Notes under the pieces: model-generated
The model's database searches: none
What the model was told of the DNA's origin: nothing
The model's input: only the letters and a program-made list of their open reading frames with translations
Made by a program: the position numbers and the translations under genes
NCBI RefSeq assembly: GCF_037042905.1
Contig: NC_087259.1
Span: 12,338,001-12,402,000 of the forward strand
Direction: 5' to 3'
DNA: 64,000 nt
From: Lytechinus pictus
Taxonomy: Eukaryota
Shown here: piece by piece, positions 60,385 to 64,000 of the stretch
Position numbering within the stretch: position 1 is the first letter of the stretch
Layout: each line of letters begins with the position of its first letter

Positions 60385-60677
60385 CTTCAGCTTACTGCGC
60401 TATGACCAGCCTTCCTCTTCGTACCCTTCCCCCTCCCCTTCCTTTACCCCTCCCATCCTCCTTGCCTCCATCGTCACTCCCCCACCTCATCAGGAATCTT
60501 AGGACCACTGTCCGGGGAAACAAGGACAGCTTCAGCTTACTGCGTTATGACTGGCCTTCCTCTTCGCACCCTTCCCCCTCCCCTTCCCCCTTCCTTTACC
60601 CCTACCATCCTCCTTGCCTCCATCGTCACTCCCCGCCTCGTTAGGAATCTTAGGACCGCTGTCCGGGGAAACGAGGC
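60385..60677. repeat. ~145-bp tandem duplication of the TSEN15 C-terminal coding segment
   Basis: 60385-60527 is highly similar to 60530-60677. Confidence 0.9.
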
Positions 60678-62649
60678 CATCGCTGATCTTATAGTAGACT
60701 ATGGTAGAATCGGAATCGGTAATTGCCAGAGTTAGTGCCCTCTTTGCCTGATGTTCTTCGGGAATGACTGCCTTTGATGGGGTCTTCAGGGAACTTTGAA
60801 GGTTGCAATGCTCGGTGTCTATGGCAGCAAGAAAATTTCTCAAACTGCAACAATGGAGGTCAAAGATAGAGGGAAAAAAAGAATGGAATAAAACTTTTAC
60901 AGAAAAAAAAACGGATTTGACTTCGGACATCTATCAGTATTTTGAAGGAATCAACAAGAACAAATACACACAATTGACTTTGAGAAGTATGATGGAACTG
61001 TAATAAGGACCAAAAGTGAACATAATACTAATAGTAGATGAAAATTGATAATACACAAACACGTACATGTAGTAAACAAAGAAACATTGAACATAGAAAT
61101 ATAAATTCATTCAACAAGACAACCACGATTATTATAAGAAAATGATTATTAAAATAAAATTTTCAACAATTTATTACTTTATCTTTAAAATGAGTTTGCC
61201 TATTTCTGTTCATAATTATCTTTTTCAATTCAGACTATATCTTGCCTGCATGCCTTCTGACCTTCACGTATGCATCACTAATCATTTTATTGTTGTACAC
61301 AACAATTAGTTTTCCAAAATTTAAGCATCCTTTTTTTTTGTTACATTGTAATTCCATGCTCTGCATGTATAACATAAAGAAATTATGTATTTGTATCGAT
61401 TTTATAGACTCAATGGCTTTTGAAATAAAAGTTGAGATTAAAGTACCTTGCTGGAGAGAGTGAAGACTTGGCTTGAAGAGGCAAGACTGTCGTGAAGTCA
61501 TCTTTCTTATTGGCTTTACCAGTGATGTACGCCATACGCAAAGACCAGCATGGGTGGATCTCCATGTGCCACCAGTTCTTTCCTTAAAAAAAATAAAATG
61601 AGACAGTAAATTTAGCACTAAAAATGCCAAAAATAGTAAATTTGGGGAATTATGTATTAGTATTAGTAAATGTAATTTGAAAATCAAAGACATTTGTTTG
61701 AATATCTTCTGTAAGAAGATATGTAAATGTAATTTGAAAAAAAATACAAAATACAAATACAAAATACAAAATACAGAATTTTTTAAAAAGGATTTCTATG
61801 AGGAAATTGCCATGTTATAAATTAATAAAATAACATGGCAATTTCCTCATAGAAATCCTAGTAGTTTTTTTCTGTATTTTGCATGTTTTGTTACAATTAG
61901 TGCAAAAGGGTAGGGTATCTAAGAGAAAATTTAAATGAAAAGGGATTTTGGACTATATTAAGTGCTACATACATCATATACAAAACAAAAATGGCAGATT
62001 ATGCAAAGATGACAGCCTCTTCAAAACACAAGATCAATTTCACATTGAATTATGAAATTCATGTTCATTTCATATGATTTTCATAAATTTCTGAGGACGA
62101 GATGGTAAAACACAATGTTGACAATTTGCTTCAATAGTTGAAAACCAAAAAATGAATAACCAGGCAAGGTTTCAGTAAATCAAAATTCAAAGTATGAAAG
62201 AATCACTGTTCTTCTCCATACTTTAAAAAAAAGTTGGAGTAAATGATAAAAAAACAAAACAAGACATCACAGTTGGACGTTTCACCATCATTCCACAATG
62301 TGCATATGGCAGAGTGCACACATCATATCTCAGCGAATGAATTTGAAGTATGTCTATAAATGTTTGTGGATAACGTTTGATCAATTTTGGCAATTTTAGA
62401 TACATGTACATGGACTTACATACCATTCAAAGCTTAGATAAGTTTTTCCAGATTTTTTTTTAATATTGTGGGTTTCGAGGAAGAAGGTCACAAATTGATT
62501 GAATTTGGTTAATAATTCATTCTTTTATTTCCACATTTCGTACAAAAAAATACAGAAAGGTAGTTACCTTCACAAAGATCCAGATAGACCAAAAGTGCTG
62601 AAATTATTTGTGAGGAATCATCAAAGCCCCAAGACAGCATCTCATGGTA
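60532..62649 (-). CDS. TSEN15: tRNA-splicing endonuclease subunit Sen15, 3' exons (first exon not found in the window)
   Basis: Join on minus: 62649-62568, 61582-61447, 60844-60532; phases 0/1/2 are consistent. Motifs YHEM...ALLVYLDLCEGKNWW, TVLPLQ..SSLS, LTLAITDSDSTIVYYKISDGLVSPD. Confidence 0.9.
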
Positions 62650-62685
62650 CTGCAGATGGAAAATTGGACAGATACAATACATGTA

Positions 62686-63120
62686 TACAAATAATGAATG
62701 TTTATGAGTGCAATGGACAGAATACTTCATGAGGTGAAAGATAAAACAAATCATTCAACGAGGCGTAGACGAAATGAATGGATCATTCATTTCATCTTTC
62801 ACCGAATGAAGTATTCTGTCCATAGCACAAATGAAAAGAACATTCATTATTTGGTTTATATGACGCCTAAAAATAGATTATTTTTCATATGAAATTTATT
62901 AATTTCGATGCAAAATATGCTCGGTCAGTTGAATGTCGCGTACATACAACATGCGCGCTGCAAACACCTTACTTGTAGTGCCTGCAGCGGTGTGCGCGTG
63001 CAATGGACAAAATAGTATGGATCCAAAATTGCACAGTTGATGACGTCATTGTAAAATGGACTGAATGATCGATATCAAACAACCAATCAAATGACAAGGA
63101 TCTATCTAGGTGTCATATAA
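62686..63120 (-). mobile_element. Second sub-TIR + terminal-hairpin element (opposite orientation)
   Basis: Hairpin 62688-62853 with core ACGAGGCGTAGACGA; sub-TIRs TTATATGACGCCTA (62856) / TAGGTGTCATATAA (63107). Confidence 0.7.
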
Positions 63121-64000
63121 TATAAAAATAAAACTGCATTTTAAAAAAAAAAGGTATACTAGTAACTCCCTCTTGATTTTTTTTCAGGGTGTACAAACAA
63201 TTAGTATAGACTCTACTCCATTTCTAATAAAGGAGTTTATAAAATCTACTGAAGGAGAATTTAATTAGATTAAAGACAAATGTGTAGCATCTTATGTAAT
63301 TTTCAATGTACTGATGTCATATTTAGGCCTTCTCTTTGATCAGCTAAGATAACCAAGAGTGCTTGATTGATCAAGACTCCAACATATTTTGTTTGTTTTA
63401 TTGGCTGAAACCTCCTGAAGAATCAGTGCCAACTCAGGTCTCAGCAGTTGCTGAACCCAAGTCCGAGAGTAGAGCATGAAATTCCGACATTTTTGTAGTA
63501 ATTTGTTGTTTTATGTGTTGAAAAGGCTTGAACTTGGCAGTTTTTTTAGTGTTCTTTCTCCAACTTTACTTTTTAAAAACAAAATTTTTGAAACTGATCA
63601 ATTATAGAATTGCTGGTATATGATCGAGATTTATCAAGACATCTACAGAGTAAAATGCATCATTATTTCTCCTCCAAGAACAAAATTTTAAAAAAGTGTA
63701 AAGAAACAAAACAAGTGGAACACCGTTGGCAGTCTTGCCTGCACTATGAAATTCAATGTACAGCAGAATGGCCAACTTTGAAAACTAAGAAGCAAGATGA
63801 ATATTTACATTGTATTTCACAAAAAAAAAATCATATGATGATAAAAGACGAAGTTTATTACCCTAAATGAACTTTGACCTCTGACCTGGAACTTGCGCAA
63901 ATGATAACAAAGTGATCCTGATTACAGGTTGTGTCCCAGTTTCACCATTTACTTTCAAAGTTATAACATTTCAAAAGCTATTAAACTTAGGCCCTACTTT

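Noticed and set aside
60385-60534. Stop-codon readthrough into the duplicated TSEN15 tail
   Set aside because: The second copy is out of frame with the stop and has its own indels and stop.
61255-61290. Extra TSEN15 micro-exon with a GC donor
   Set aside because: Its acceptor is weak. The strong acceptor at 60845 already gives the right phase and homologous sequence.
63460-63490. Candidate TSEN15 start exon (ATGTCGGAATTT...)
   Set aside because: It reaches a stop before any donor and does not encode Sen15-like sequence.

Overview
Eukaryotic, AT-rich, repeat-dense DNA. The SINE/MITE repertoire and intron style suggest an echinoderm such as a sea urchin (inference). Three spliced genes, all on the minus strand, can be reconstructed with consistent exon phases. 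(1) A flavin amine-oxidase (MAO/AofH-like) gene with 11 coding exons (28933->7329, 462 aa); its ORF is intact but its FAD and catalytic motifs are eroded. (2) MGST1, 3 exons (54151->51112, 148 aa). (3) The 3' part of TSEN15, 3 exons (62649->60532). Introns and intergenic DNA hold a 5'-truncated L2-type LINE and a 5'-truncated Penelope-like element with an open RT+GIY-YIG frame, a 12-bp TSD and a minimal hammerhead ribozyme. They also hold a decayed LINE endonuclease fragment, tRNA-derived SINEs, many MITEs, a 2-kb 17-bp-unit minisatellite and a CAT microsatellite with assembly gaps. Main leads: (a) a two-copy SINE with a 7SL-RNA (Alu-domain) head, a Deu/Nin-like body and a (CA)n tail; (b) a splice acceptor at the Penelope junction that is in frame with the upstream amine-oxidase exon, giving a possible oxidase-RT-endonuclease chimera; (c) the probable pseudo-enzyme status of the oxidase; (d) an ~11.4-kb nested, LTR-like insertion carrying promoter/exon modules and a disabled C2H2-finger/coiled-coil gene; (e) repeated local duplication of exon 3' ends together with their donors. 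All calls are by eye; no database searches were run.
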